A stretch of 63,596 nucleotides of DNA from Octopus bimaculoides. Taxonomy: Eukaryota. Positions 48,856-61,130 of this stretch are shown here, one piece after another. The notes below the pieces were generated by a model. The model was given only the letters and a program-made list of their open reading frames with translations, was not told the DNA's origin and searched no databases. Each line of letters opens with the position of its first letter. Positions within the stretch are counted from its first letter, which is position 1. The position numbers and the translations under genes are program-made. Location of the stretch: contig NC_068986.1 in NCBI RefSeq assembly GCF_001194135.2, positions 9,526,317 to 9,589,912 of the forward strand, in the 5' to 3' direction.

Positions 48856-49604
48856 GTAATGACAAAGATGATGACGATGATGAAATGGCAACAATAACAA
48901 ATGATGACAGTGATGCTAATGATGATGATGATAATGATGAACAGTTTCAAAGCCAAACTATGTACCAAAGAGAAAATGGAAAATCTGAATTAATGGGTTC
49001 TATTCAAAGAAGCTCCTCTTGGAGAGCTGGGGGTTTTTTTTTTAAATTTTTTTTTTTTTATCTAGCAATCATTTTCAGGAAAGGCCCCAATAAATAAATA
49101 TTTTGATAATATATCAGTTGTATTTCATGAAGTGATATTCCTAACAACGACCCAAAATATACGTCTTTCGAGTACTGCTCAGCTACATCCATTGTGCTTA
49201 ATTACAGAATCATTTCCACTAGATAATATACCTTATCAGATAATATAACAGTCTATGAGATATCAACATATCTTTTTTTTTTTAGGACAGGGTGGGTGTG
49301 GAGTTGTGTCAACAAATTTAAGATGTAGTTGCACTTTATTTCTTCTGAATATCTTTCTAGCAAATGCCCCATCATACTGATATAAATTGATATAAACTGA
49401 AACAACACTCTATTCCTTTTAATACTTTCTTTCTCATCCATCAGCTATCAAATTACATTAAATGTTCATTCCAGTATTAGAAAATACAAAAATGTTTGTC
49501 TGAATCCATCAACGTTGAAAACACCAGATAGAACAAAAACTTTATAGTACTTTGTATTACTAACAGCCATCCAACTAAAACATAATTAAATTTTATTAGA
49601 TTCA

Positions 49605-49785
49605 CTGGCGCTGGTACCACATAAAAAGCACCCTGTACACTCTATAAATTGGTTGGCAATAGGAAGGGTATCCAGCTGCAGAAACTATGCCAAAACAGTG
49701 GGTGTGGCTCCCAACCTTGCCAGTTCTTGTCAAACCATTCAACCCATGCCAGCCTGGAAAGCAGATATTAAATGATGATGATGAA
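49605..49785 (-). mobile_element. RTE 3'UTR copy
   Basis: Shared tail motifs. Confidence 0.7.
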
Positions 49786-49824
49786 GAGGGGTTTAATTTT
49801 CTGTTTTTACACAATTATTAAGTG

Positions 49825-49975
49825 CAGGAGTGGCTGTGGTAAGAAGCTTGCTTCCCAACCACATGGTTTCAGGTTCAGTCCTGTTGCACGGCACCTTGGG
49901 CAAGTGTCTTCTACTATAGCCACAGGCTGACCAAAGCCTTGTTAGTGGATTTGGTAGACGGAAACTGAAAGAAGC

Positions 49976-50057
<82 letters not shown>

Positions 50058-50235
50058 ATGCATATATTTGCATGTGTGTGTCTATGTTTGTCCCCGTTCC
50101 ATTGCTTGACAACTGATATCAATGTGTTTATGTCCCTGTAAGTTAGCGGTTCAGCAAAAGGGGCTTACAAAGAATAAGTCCTGGGGACGATTTGGTTGAC
50201 TAAAGGCAGTGCTGCAGCATGACCACAGTCAAATG
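49825..50235 (+). mobile_element. Full-length SINE family B with internal (GT)n
   Basis: Head and tail as in 47415-47795. Confidence 0.9.
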
Positions 50236-50344
50236 ACTGAAACAAGTAAAAGAATAATTCTCTTCAGCATCCATTGAGGCAGTGGATGCTGATTGAAAGA
50301 ACATTTTGTTAACATGTTGATTTAATCAAGGTTATATATCTTTT

Positions 50345-50670
50345 GTCTTGTACTTGTTTCAATCAGACTACGGCCATGCTGGGGCACTGTTTGGAAGAAT
50401 TTTTAGTCGAATGAATTGACTCCAGTACTTTTTTTTAAAGCCAGGTACTTATTCTATCGGCCTCTTTTGCTGAACCACTAAGTTACAAAGATGTAAATAT
50501 ACCAACACCATTTGTCAAGCGGCAATGGGACACACACATACACATATACAGTAGGATTCTTTCAGTTTCCATCTACCAAATCTTTGGTCACCTTAAGACA
50601 ATAGTACAGAACATGGAACCATGTGATTGAGAAGCAAGCTTCTTATCACACAGCCAGGCCTGCACCTATA
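50345..50670 (-). mobile_element. SINE family B, inverted relative to 49825-50235
   Basis: cttgtttcaatc...gccatgctgg...ctttcagtttccatctaccaaat...agcaagcttctta. Confidence 0.85.
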
Positions 50671-51297
50671 TTCCAGCTTTTGGAAAAATAGATAAAAATA
50701 ATGTGAAGTCGTGCTACTTGATACAGGCTTTCTACTATTAGAACCATATCAAAGGTATCCGAGATAAGCATCTAACTTTGCTATCAGCTTATTTTATAGC
50801 ACATTTGACATATTGAAATTAGTCTCACAACACAGTTGCTCTACACTTTGAAAGAGAAAGTGTCTCATAAAGGTTATCTTTTAACACTGTTATAAGAATC
50901 ATCATCATTATCATTAACATCTGTCTTCCATGCTGGCATGGGTGGGACAGTTTGACTAGGATCCAATGAACAGGAGCATTATGTTGAGCTCAATGACTCT
51001 TTTGACATGGTTTCTATGGCTAGATACCCTTCCTAACATCAACTTCTGTATGAAAGTACTGGGTGCTTTTATCACAACACCAACACAAGTAAAGTCACTG
51101 AGTAACTTGCAGAACCTTTCCCAATAAAACTTTTTTATGACATTATTATTAAGCTGCAGATAAATAATTATACTTAATTAAGGCAATAGTTTGTGTCTGG
51201 ATTAGTTTCATTATTTGTAACAATATTTTATGTTTTCTTGTGTATTTCTAGCTGACTTGATTCTATTTTTCACCTGCCTCATATATACATATTGCAG

Positions 51298-51680
51298 AGG
51301 TGCAATGGCCCAGTGGTTAGGACAGCAGACTTACAGCCCTTGGATCATGATTTCGATTCCCAGACCAGGCGTTGTGAGTGTTTATTGAGCAAAAACACCT
51401 AAAGCTCCATGAGGCTCTGGCAGGGGTGGGTGGGGGTGGCGAACCCTGCTGTACTCTTTCACCACAACTTTCTCTCACTCTTTCTTCCTGTTTCCGTTGT
51501 ACCTGTATTTCAAAGGGTCAGCCTTGTCACACTCTGTGTCATGCTGAATATCCCCGAGGACTACGTTAAGGGTACACGTGTCTGTGGAGTGCTCAGCCAC
51601 CTGCATGTTAATTTCATGAGCAGGCTGTTCCGTTGATTGGATCAACTGGAACTCTCGTCGTCGTAACTGACAGAGTGCCA
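51298..51680 (+). mobile_element. Full-length tRNA-derived SINE family C
   Basis: A-box TGGCCCAGTGG, B-box-like TTTCGATTCCC, tail ctgtggagtgctcagccac...cgtcgtcgtaac. Confidence 0.85.
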
Positions 51681-51959
51681 CAATATAAATATTAATATTA
51701 CCTCTCATATAAGTTATTGATATTGACTTCTGCAGATAGAAATATTTTGAAATAACCAATATAAGAATGTAAAATAAAAAACAAACAGAACTTAAGTTTG
51801 AAATGAGCAAAACACCACATTTCATGTCATTTCAGTCTACTCACCTGTAAATGAGTAAAGCTGTGATTGACTCACATCCTATCCAGGGGGAATGTTGTGA
51901 TCTCAGTCATGGAAAGCAGGTAACCAGCCTTATGAGTGAGTCCTAGGACTCAAGATAGT

Positions 51960-52150
51960 AATGCCCAGGGGTTGGTGATGATAATAATAAGCTACTTTTA
52001 CTATTGAAAGAGATGAGATTGTCATGGTTCCACTGGAGGATGCTGTCAAGATCTCTGTTAATAGAATCACTGCAAGTTTGGCAAATGATATCTAGGTTGT
52101 GTGTGGATGATGAATGGTTGCAGAAGCTGATGGAGGAAGGAAACAATATT
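51960..52150 (-). mobile_element. CR1/Jockey-group RT fragment
   Basis: SINRDLDSILQW.HDNLISFNSK. Confidence 0.55.
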
Positions 52151-52257
52151 CTGTGATTATTAGATCTGCCACCCTAAGAAACAATATTTTGTTGGGACTA
52201 TATCAGCCATCCTTAGCTATTACTCCATCAATTCAATATCAAAATCATCAATAAGAC

Positions 52258-52605
52258 AGCAAGCTGGCAGAAATGTTAGCACGCCAGGTGAAATGCTTAG
52301 TGGTATTTTGGGGTCAATCTAATCAACTGGTCCCCTCCCCCAAAATTTCAGGCCTTGTGCCTAGAATAGAAAAAATATTTTGTCATCAAGGCAGCAACCT
52401 GGCAGAAACGTCAGCACACCGGGCGAAATGTTTAGCAGTATTTTGTCTGTCTTTACATTCTGAGTTCAAATTCTGCCATGGTTAACTTTGCCTTTCATCC
52501 TTTCGGGGTCAATAAATTAAGACCCAGTTGCATACTGGGGTCAATCTAATTGACTAGCCCCACCTCCCCAAAAATTTCAGGCCTTGTGCCTAGAGTAGAA
52601 AAAAA
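52258..52605 (+). mobile_element. Two tandem SINE family A copies
   Basis: Two heads (52258 and 52388), and two tails ccccaaaatttcaggccttgtgcctaga. Confidence 0.85.
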
Positions 52606-52954
52606 TATTAAAATCCTCAATACAATGCAATAACTAATCAAACACAGAAAATCAGGATCGAATTTTATGAATGAGAACAAAACACAGCAGTTTCACTTTG
52701 TGTTTTAAAAAGATAGTAACTACGAAGTTTAGAAAAAAGAGAATGTGGCAGCAATGAAAATAAAATAATAGAACTAAAACTTAAAAACCGGTTGGAAGGG
52801 TTATTATTATTATATATAAAAGTGGTTGTGTGTATGTAAGGTGTATATATTAGAGCGAGGGGAAGGGTAAAATGACATAGGGGAAACGAGAGGAAAGGGA
52901 ATAAAGAAGGGAGAAAGGCAGCTGAAGAGAGTGAGGAGGAAAATCGCTGCAGTT

Positions 52955-53011
52955 ACTGCTGCTGCTGCTGCTGCTGCTGCCGCCGCCACCACCACCACCA
53001 CCACTACCACT

Positions 53012-53050
<39 letters not shown>

Positions 53051-53055
53051 GCTAC
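52955..53055. repeat. Compound triplet repeat (GCT)n(GCC)n(ACC)n(ACT)n
   Basis: Direct reading. Confidence 0.95.
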
Positions 53056-53774
53056 AAAGCCGGAGAGAAAGAGAATGAAAACAGCTATTACTGCCAAAAA
53101 ATAAAAGAATGAAGCTGTTGCTACCCCTCGTAACAGAAATATTGAGCAGTACGTCATGTGATCAATTGGAAAGAGAGTATATCATCATTTAATGTCTGTT
53201 TCCCATGCTGGTATGGGTTGGATGGCTTGACAAGGGCTGCATTAGGTCCCATAGTCTATTTTGACTTGGTTTCTGCAGCTGGATGCCTTTCCTAACGCCA
53301 ACCATTTTCCATTGTATACAGGGTGCTTTTTATGTGGCACCAGCACTGGTGCTTTTTACAGGGTAGCAGCACTATATAAATATATAAAACAATTTACCTC
53401 GATAGAGCCTAACATATATTGTGGAATTATCCTAGCTATTTTTATGTGCCTGGCTATGGCACTTTCTAATAATATATACATATGTATATGTATATGTATG
53501 TATGTATGTATATATATATATATATATATATNNNNNNNNNNNNNNNNNNNNNNNNNNNNNNNNNNNNNNNNNNNNNNNNNNNNNNNNNNNNNNNNNNNNN
53601 NNNNNNNNNNNNNNNNNNNNNNNNNNNNNNNNNNNNNNNNNNNNNNNNNNNNNNNNNNNNNNNNNNNNNNNNNNNNNNNNNNNNNNNNNNNNNNNNNNNN
53701 NNNNNNNNNNNNNNNNNNNNNNNNNNNNNNNNNNNNNNNNNNNNNNNNNNNNNNNNNNNNNNNNNTATATACAT

Positions 53775-54172
53775 AGGCACAGGAGTGGCTGTGTTGTAAG
53801 AAGCTTGCTTCCTAACCATATGGCTCCAGGTTCAGTCCCACTGTGTGTCACCTTGGGTAAGTGTCTTCTACTATAGCCTTGGGCTGACCAAAGCCTTGTG
53901 AGTGGATTTGGTAAATGGAAACTGAAAGAAGCCCATCATAGATATATATGTATGTGTGTATGTATGTATTTGTGTATCTGTGTTTGTCGCCCCACCATCA
54001 CTTGATAACCAATGTTGGTGTGTTTACATTCCTGTTACTTAGCAGTTTATCAAAACAGACTGACAGAATAAGTACTAGGCTTACAAAGAATAAGTCCTGG
54101 AGTCAATTTGTTTGACTAAAGGTGGTGCTCCAGCATGGCTGCAGTCACGTGACTGAAACAAGAAAAAGAATA
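53775..54172 (+). mobile_element. Full-length SINE family B
   Basis: Head and tail as in other copies. Confidence 0.9.
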
Positions 54173-54309
54173 AACAAATATGCATATATATGATTGGCAC
54201 AGGTGTGGCTGTATGGTTAAGAAGCTTTCTTACCAATTATGTGGTCTTGGATTCAGTCCCACTGTGTGGCACTTGAGGCAAGTGTGCTCTGCTATAGCCC
54301 CAAACCACG

Positions 54310-54470
54310 AAAAGTTGAAATGAACTGAACAAGGTTAGATCATAAACTGTATCATGTTGAATCTCCCCGAGAACTACGTTAATGGTATACGTGTCTGTGG
54401 AGTGCTCAGCCACTTGCACATTAATTTCACGAGCAGGCTGTTCTGTTGATTGAATCAACTGGAACCCATG
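54310..54470 (+). mobile_element. SINE family C 3' fragment
   Basis: gtgtctgtggagtgctcagccacttgcac...gcaggctgttc. Confidence 0.75.
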
Positions 54471-54586
54471 TCCTCTGTGGATCACATCCCTACTTCTCAA
54501 CATAGTCACCATTTCTCTCAATAGCAATGTTCCACCTTCGAATGAGAACATGTATCCCTGCCCTGTAAAATTCTGTTGACTGTTCT

Positions 54587-54700
54587 TTGAGCCACTTCTT
54601 CACTACAGTTTTTACTTTCTCGTCACCAGATTTAGCGCCTTCAGACTATCATTTCTTCGGTCCCATGGAAAAGGGTTTGAGAGGCAAACATTATTCCGAT
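54587..54700 (+). mobile_element. mariner transposase fragment
   Basis: SPDLAPSDYHFFGPMEKGLRGKHY, the mariner YSPDLAPSDY motif. Confidence 0.7.
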
Positions 54701-56009
54701 AGAATAAGTACTTGGCTTAAAAATAATTCCTGGAGGCCATTTGCTCAACTGAAACCCTTCAAGGCAGTGCTCCAGCATGACTGCTGTTAACTGACTAAAA
54801 CAAGTAAAAGAATAAAAGAATATTTCTATAGGCACCCATGTCAGTCACACGTAAAAGCAAAAATCCACTCAGTGAAGTGGTGATGATGATGATGGTGGTG
54901 GTGGTGGTGGTGGTGATAATGGTATATATCTGTCAGTGTGTGATATGAGTGAATAGCTTGGTTATGATTGTTCAATGAATTCAATGATGATTGTCTCCTC
55001 TTCAACTACAGATTCTTTGATGACTGTTTGACTTAAAGAACAGTAACAACAGAGCAAGCAGCCACATAAGTGACAGAATTATCACTGTTACCACCTTTGC
55101 TACCCTGTACCCTCACAATGGCAATATTTCACATCCCAGACATGAATGATACCCAAATTACCACATTGACAATAGCCACCCCTGAGATCCAAGATCTATA
55201 ATCCATGCTGCAAGACAAGGTATCAGCATAATGGTAGGAAATACAGTTCCTTGTATCACTACATTCACTGTGGTGATCCAGTGTCAAGAGTACCTCAAGA
55301 TAACTGGTACCTTTTCCAAGCTGCAGGAGGCACCTGAAATCCTGTCTGACTGAACCTGCTGTACAGCTAACCATAACTCATTTTCTCTAAGAGTACACAT
55401 CTTCCTAGCCTTCGTCTTCTGGACCCATCCACAAAAGTGAATGTTAGCAAAGATAGGTAACTTCAACAGCACAGGAGCCCTATCTGCCCCTCTCCTACAC
55501 AGAAAGGGTGATGAGTGGGAGAAAGTTGGGAATTTTGAGTGGGGGTGGGTGGAAGTGGCAGGCAACTAGCAAGTTAAAAAAAAAGTCTTTTGTAGAATAG
55601 ACAGAGTGAGGAGAGAGCACATGTATAGGCCAGAGATTGTATTTTGTTGGAGAGTGAATCTCACTATGGCTCAGATATGGAGGAGTACTTCACTTATCCG
55701 AGTCTTACCTGAGTTTTGCAGAGTATCAGCAGAGATTGTTCATAAATGGAGTATTCTAGCCCAGAACAGTAAAGCTAGTGGGTGCATTTGTAGATATGCC
55801 ATGTATGTCAGGATCTAAAGAAAAGACCAGAGATTGGAAATCAAAGCATTTGTCATGAGTTCGATGGTTTTATGTGTTGTCTGACATTAGAGAGGATGAG
55901 GTCAGACTGAGGTGAGGTGAATAACGTTCCTCACCTAATTCTACAGCAACAGTAAGAAAGGTTTGAACTTATGTATGTTTAACAGAGGGATCAGAAGTCC
56001 ATATAACTC

Positions 56010-56250
56010 CAGTCATCATCATCAACGTCCATTTTCCATGCTCACTAGGTTGGACAGTTTGACAGGAGTTGGTAAATCAGAGAGCTGCACCAGCCTCCGA
56101 CTGTCTGTTATGGTATGGTTTCAATGACAGAATGCCCTTCCTAATGCGAATCACTTTACAAAGTGTACTGGATACTTTTCTTATGACACCAGCACAGGAA
56201 CTTTTTATGTGGCACCAGCACGGGTGCTTTTTATGTGGCACCAGCAGGAG
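56010..56250 (-). mobile_element. RTE 3'UTR copy
   Basis: catcatcatcaacgtccattttccatgc ... ttttatgtggcaccagca x2. Confidence 0.75.
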
Positions 56251-56784
56251 TAAATACAAGTTGGAGAAAAAAAAACAACTCAAAACTAACAAAGATTATT
56301 TGGTTCAGTCAAGAGAAAACGACGAGAAATAGAAATGTAGTTGCATCAGAACCACAAATAGATTTTAGATTTTAGGTTAATAAAAGAAGGAAAAAAATTG
56401 ATGTCAGAGATTATTGTGATAGTGAAATTAACAGAGGTGGTGGAAACAACACAAGTAGGAGGAGGAGGACCTGCCAAGAGATTAATTGCTCAGAAAAAAA
56501 AATAGAGTTGAATTTGGGTGACTAAATCTGGTAATGAAAAGTCTTGTTGAAATTTTTATGAATTTGCTACAATCAATGTATTTTTTATTCAATTTATTTT
56601 TCCTTCTAAAATAAAACTGAAACGAATTTCTGTGAACCATATCTATAAAATGAAATGATGTTTCAGCTGGTCCATAAAATGTATAAATGAAAATGTTATC
56701 TGCATATCATACTAAATGTATAAACACTGTTGAAAGGTAGGAAGCTGTGGCTTTTGTCTGAGAGAAAATCACTTCATAGCCATC

Positions 56785-56945
56785 CTTTCTACTATAGGCA
56801 CAAGGCCTGAAATTTGTGGGGAGTCAATTATATCAACCCCAGTGCTTATCTGGTACTTATTTTATTGACCCAAATAATATGAAAGGCAAAGTTGACTTCC
56901 AACAAAAAACAAAGAAATGTCACAAAGCTTTCTGTCCGGCACACT
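56785..56945 (-). mobile_element. SINE family A
   Basis: ggcacaaggcctgaaattt ... ggtacttattttattgacccc ... gaaaggcaaagttgac. Confidence 0.75.
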
Positions 56946-57024
56946 GTCTTAATCTCTTCGTGGATACAATGTGTTAGAAACACAAAATATATTGGATCAA
57001 AGAGAACACCACAGCATTAACACA

Positions 57025-57450
57025 TCATCATCATTATCATCGTTTAACGTACGCTTTCCATGCTGGCATGGGTTGGACGGTTTGACTGGAGACTGGCAAG
57101 CCAGGAGGCTGCACTAGACTCTAATCTGATCTGGCAAGGTTTCTACAGCTGGATGCCCTTCCTAACACCAACCACTCCAAGAATGGAGTGGGTGCTTTTT
57201 ATGTGCCACCAGCATGGGGTCCAGTCAGGCGGCACTGGCACTGACCACACTCGAATGGTGCTTTTCCATACCACTGGCATGGGAACCAGTCAGGCGGCAC
57301 TGGCATTGACCACACTCGAATGGTGCTTTTCCATACCACTGGCATGGGAACCAGTCAGGCGGCACTGGCATCTACCATGCTCGATTTGTGCTTTTTACAT
57401 ACCACCGGCACAGGTGCCAGTCAGGCAGCACTGGCATCGGCCACAACTGA
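57025..57450 (-). mobile_element. RTE 3'UTR with near-identical 65-bp units
   Basis: tcgaatggtg at 57251 and 57316. Confidence 0.9.
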
Positions 57451-57757
57451 GAACAACAAACAAGTTTCATCCTAATTGGCACTTACCAATGCTGCGCATG
57501 TTTGTCACTTGATAAAATGAAATTCATGCTCCAATATATAAGAAACAGTGAATAATACTTTCAATGGTATTATGGAGGGCTTAAGTACCAGTTGCGTACT
57601 GGGGTCAATCTAATCGACTGGCCCGCTCCCCCAAAATTTTGGGCTTTGTGCCTAGAGTAGAAAAGGTATGGTGGAGGGCTCGCTGGACTGCAGAAATACT
57701 TGGTAAAGGCAAGAGAAACAGCATTAAATTAAAATGGCCCTCTGTGCATCATTGCCA

Positions 57758-57850
57758 CTGAAAGGCTTGGTGCTACAGATGAAAATCTCTGAAAGGCTTG
57801 ATGCCAAGATGAAAATCTCTGAAAGGCTTGGTGCTAAGATGAAAATCTCT
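57758..57850. repeat. 30/31-bp tandem repeat x3
   Basis: ctgaaaggcttggtgctaagatgaaaatct. Confidence 0.9.
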
Positions 57851-58063
57851 TCATAAGCACGTTGTATTAAAAACATACTATCCCAATCGTTAAAGTAACA
57901 ACCCAAAAAGAAAGACACCAAATACATATGGAAGTATGACTAGGCACAGGCATGGTTGTGAGGTAGATGAAAACAGAAAGAAGTTTGGCGTATGCATACT
58001 GCCACTGCCGCCACCATCATCATCGTGTGTGTGTATGTGTGTGTGTATGTGTGTGTGTGTGTA

Positions 58064-58099
<36 letters not shown>

Positions 58100-58100
<1 letters not shown>

Positions 58101-58715
58101 CTTGTTTTAATCATTAGACTGCAGCCATGCTAGAGCACCACCTTGAAGAATTTTAACCAAACAAATTGACCCCAGGACTTGTTTTTTCTTTTCTTTTACA
58201 AGCCTAGTACTTGTTCTATTGTTTTTTTGTTTTGTTTTTTTGCTGAACCATTATGTGTTACAGAGACAAACACACCAACACCAGTTGTCAAATAGTGGTG
58301 GGGTACACACACACACCTATACAACAGGCTTCTTTCCGTTTTCATCTACCAAATCCACCCACTAGGGTTTGGTTGGGCCAAGGCGATAGTAGAAGACTGG
58401 CCCAACATGCCAAACACTGGGACCGAACCCAGAACCATGTGGTTTGGAAGCAAACTTCTTACCACACAGCCATGCTTATGCCTATATGTATATACATATA
58501 TACATGCGCGCGCACGTGTGTTTGTCCCCCCAACATTGTTTGACAACCGATGCTGGTGTGTTTACGTCCCTGTAACTTATCGGTTTGGCAAAAGAGACCG
58601 ATAGAATAAGTACTAGGCTTACAAAGAATAAGTCCTGAGGTTGATTTGTTTGACTAAAGGCGGTGCTCCAGCATGGCCACAGTCAAATGACTGAAACAAG
58701 TAAAAGAATAAAATA
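58100..58715. mobile_element. SINE family B minus copy (58100-58480) abutting a plus-strand tail (58505-58715)
   Basis: Shared tail motifs in opposite orientations. Confidence 0.8.
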
Positions 58716-58717
58716 AT

Positions 58718-59555
58718 ACATAGGCATCATCATCATCATCATGGTTTAACATCCGCTTTCCATGTTGGCATGGGTTGGACGGTTTGACTGAGGGCTAGCA
58801 AGCCAGAAGACTGCACCAGGCTCCAATCTGATCTGGTAGAGGTTTCTACAGCTGGATGCCCATCCTAATGCCGACCACTCCGAGGATGTAGTGGGTGCTT
58901 TTTACGTGCCACCAGCACAAGGGCCAGTCAGGCAATACTGGCATCAACCATGCTTGGATGGTGCTTTTTATGTGCCTCCAGTACAGGAACCAGTCAGGTG
59001 GCACTAGCAATGACTACACTCGAATGGTGCTTTTTACAGGCCACTGGCACAGGAGCCAGTTAGGAGGTACTGACATCGGCCACAGCAATGACTTCACTTG
59101 ACTCAACAGGTTTGCTCAAGGACACTTCATTGCCCAATGATTGAAGGGTACTATATATATATATGTATATATATACATATATATATATTATTTAAAGGAC
59201 ACAATACGGCATGCTTGAAAAGACCTGTCAAGCTAAGTGAAATCATAGTCAGGCCAATGCCATTGTCATGTCATTGATACCCATGCCAGTGACACATAAA
59301 AAGCACCTGTGAGCATTGGGCCTCACAGAGGCAATGTGTCCAATACCAGTGTCGCATAACTGGCACCTGTGCCAGTGGCATGTAAAAAGCACCTTTTGAA
59401 CATTGAGGCCTCATGGAGGTAATGACAAATGACCGAGACCTTTGGCAATATGCTATGCTATACTTGAGAAGACCTATCGAGCCAAATGAAATCATAGTTA
59501 CGGCAGATACTGGTGTCATGCCAGTGACACACTGAAGCACCCATTACACTCTCAA
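58718..59555. mobile_element. Two RTE 3' ends in opposite orientation (58718-59115 minus; 59205-59555 plus)
   Basis: Shared UTR units and ORF-terminal motifs. Confidence 0.8.
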
Positions 59556-59881
59556 AGTGTGGCTAATAGTTTCAAATGTTGAGAAATAAAATATTTTAAG
59601 CAGGTACAATATTTATTTTACGATACTTAAAAAAAAAATCTTTGTCAACATTAGCCTATGAGGACGACATTGTACTATCCGTGAACAGAAACATGACTCA
59701 TGATGTGCCAAGGTCAAATATGAATTCATTAGAACTCCCCCACCTTCTATAGCAAATCCCATTTAAATTTTTAACATGGGGGAGGGGCACTGGCCTATAC
59801 AAATATCTGAAATGAGTCACCTTAGTAAGTAGTAATAATTATTGCTCATATTATACATATTATATATTCATTATATATACA

Positions 59882-60214
59882 GGCAGAACTCTGTGGTAAG
59901 AAGCTTGCTTCCCAACCACATGGTTCCAGGTTCAGTCCCACTGCATGGCACCTTGGGTAAGTGTCTTCTACTATAGCCCTGGGCTGACTATGGTCTTGTG
60001 AGTTGATTTAGTTAACAAACTGAAAGAAGCCTGTCGTATGTGTGTGTGTGTGTGTGTGTATTCTTTGTGTCTGTGTTTGTTCTCCAACCACCACTTGACA
60101 ACTAGTGTTTACGTACCCATAACTTAGCAGTTCAGCAAAAGAGACCAATAGAATAAGTACTAGGCTTTAAAAAGTCCTGGGATTGATTTCTTCGACTAAA
60201 ACCTTACATAAATA

Positions 60215-60285
<71 letters not shown>

Positions 60286-60745
60286 GTATGTATAGTAAAT
60301 CCCAAAAAAGAAGAACAACAAACACAAAAGAAAAACAATGCGAAGACATGGTACATGTAAAGTATTAGCAGACACTCAGGGAAGGAAAAAAAGTGGTCTT
60401 AGGTTTTGAGCAAAGCTCTTCTTCAGAAACAGAGAAAAGTCCAATAGAAAGGAAGACGGAGGAAGAAAATTGCCAATGATTCACATGGGGTTACATTTTG
60501 AAATGTATATATGTATATAGATATATATTTTACTCTCTTACATGTTTCCGTCATTTGACTGTGGCCATGCTGGAGCACTGCCTTGAAGGGTTTTAGTTGA
60601 AGAAATCGACCCCAGGACTTATTCTTTGTAAGCCTAGTACTTTTTCTATCGGTCTCTTTTGCCAAACTGCTACATTATGGGGACATTAACACACCAACAC
60701 CGGTTGTCAAGCTATGGTGGCAGGGGACAAACAAAGACACACATA
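59882..60745. mobile_element. SINE family B plus copy (59882-60200) and minus copy (60535-60745)
   Basis: Tails aataagtactaggcttt / aagcctagtactttt in inverted orientation. Confidence 0.8.
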
Positions 60746-60774
60746 TATGAATATATATACAAATACAACATCCA

Positions 60775-61130
60775 AATGTGGCCAATGCCAGTGCCGCCTT
60801 GACTGGCTTCCATGCCGGTGGCACATTAAAAGCACCAACTGATCTTGGTCATTGCCAGCCTTCTCTGGCCCCTGTGCCGGTGGCACATAAAAAGCACCCA
60901 CTACACTCTTGGAGTGGTTGGCATTAGGAAGATTCAGTCAACTGTTATTCACTAATACGATTCCTTTGTTGTCATCATCAACATGATCATCATCACCACC
61001 AATTAACATCCATTTTCCATGCTATGATGGGTTGGATGGTTTGACAGGACCCAATGGGCCACGGGGGCCATGTCAGCTTTGGTATCATTTCTATAGCTGG
61101 ATGTCCTAATACCACCCACTTTACAGTGTA
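60775..61130. mobile_element. RTE 3'UTR fragments, plus (60775-60930) then minus (60980-61130)
   Basis: gtgccggtggcac units; ttttccatgctatgatgggttggatgg. Confidence 0.7.

Noticed and set aside
57181-57450. Regularly spaced repeats resembling a CRISPR array
   Set aside because: Whole 65-bp units repeat with no unique spacers; they are part of the RTE 3'UTR in a eukaryotic context with no cas genes.
57724-57927. In-frame 10-aa repeat peptide from the 30-bp minisatellite
   Set aside because: Short, no splice support or homology.
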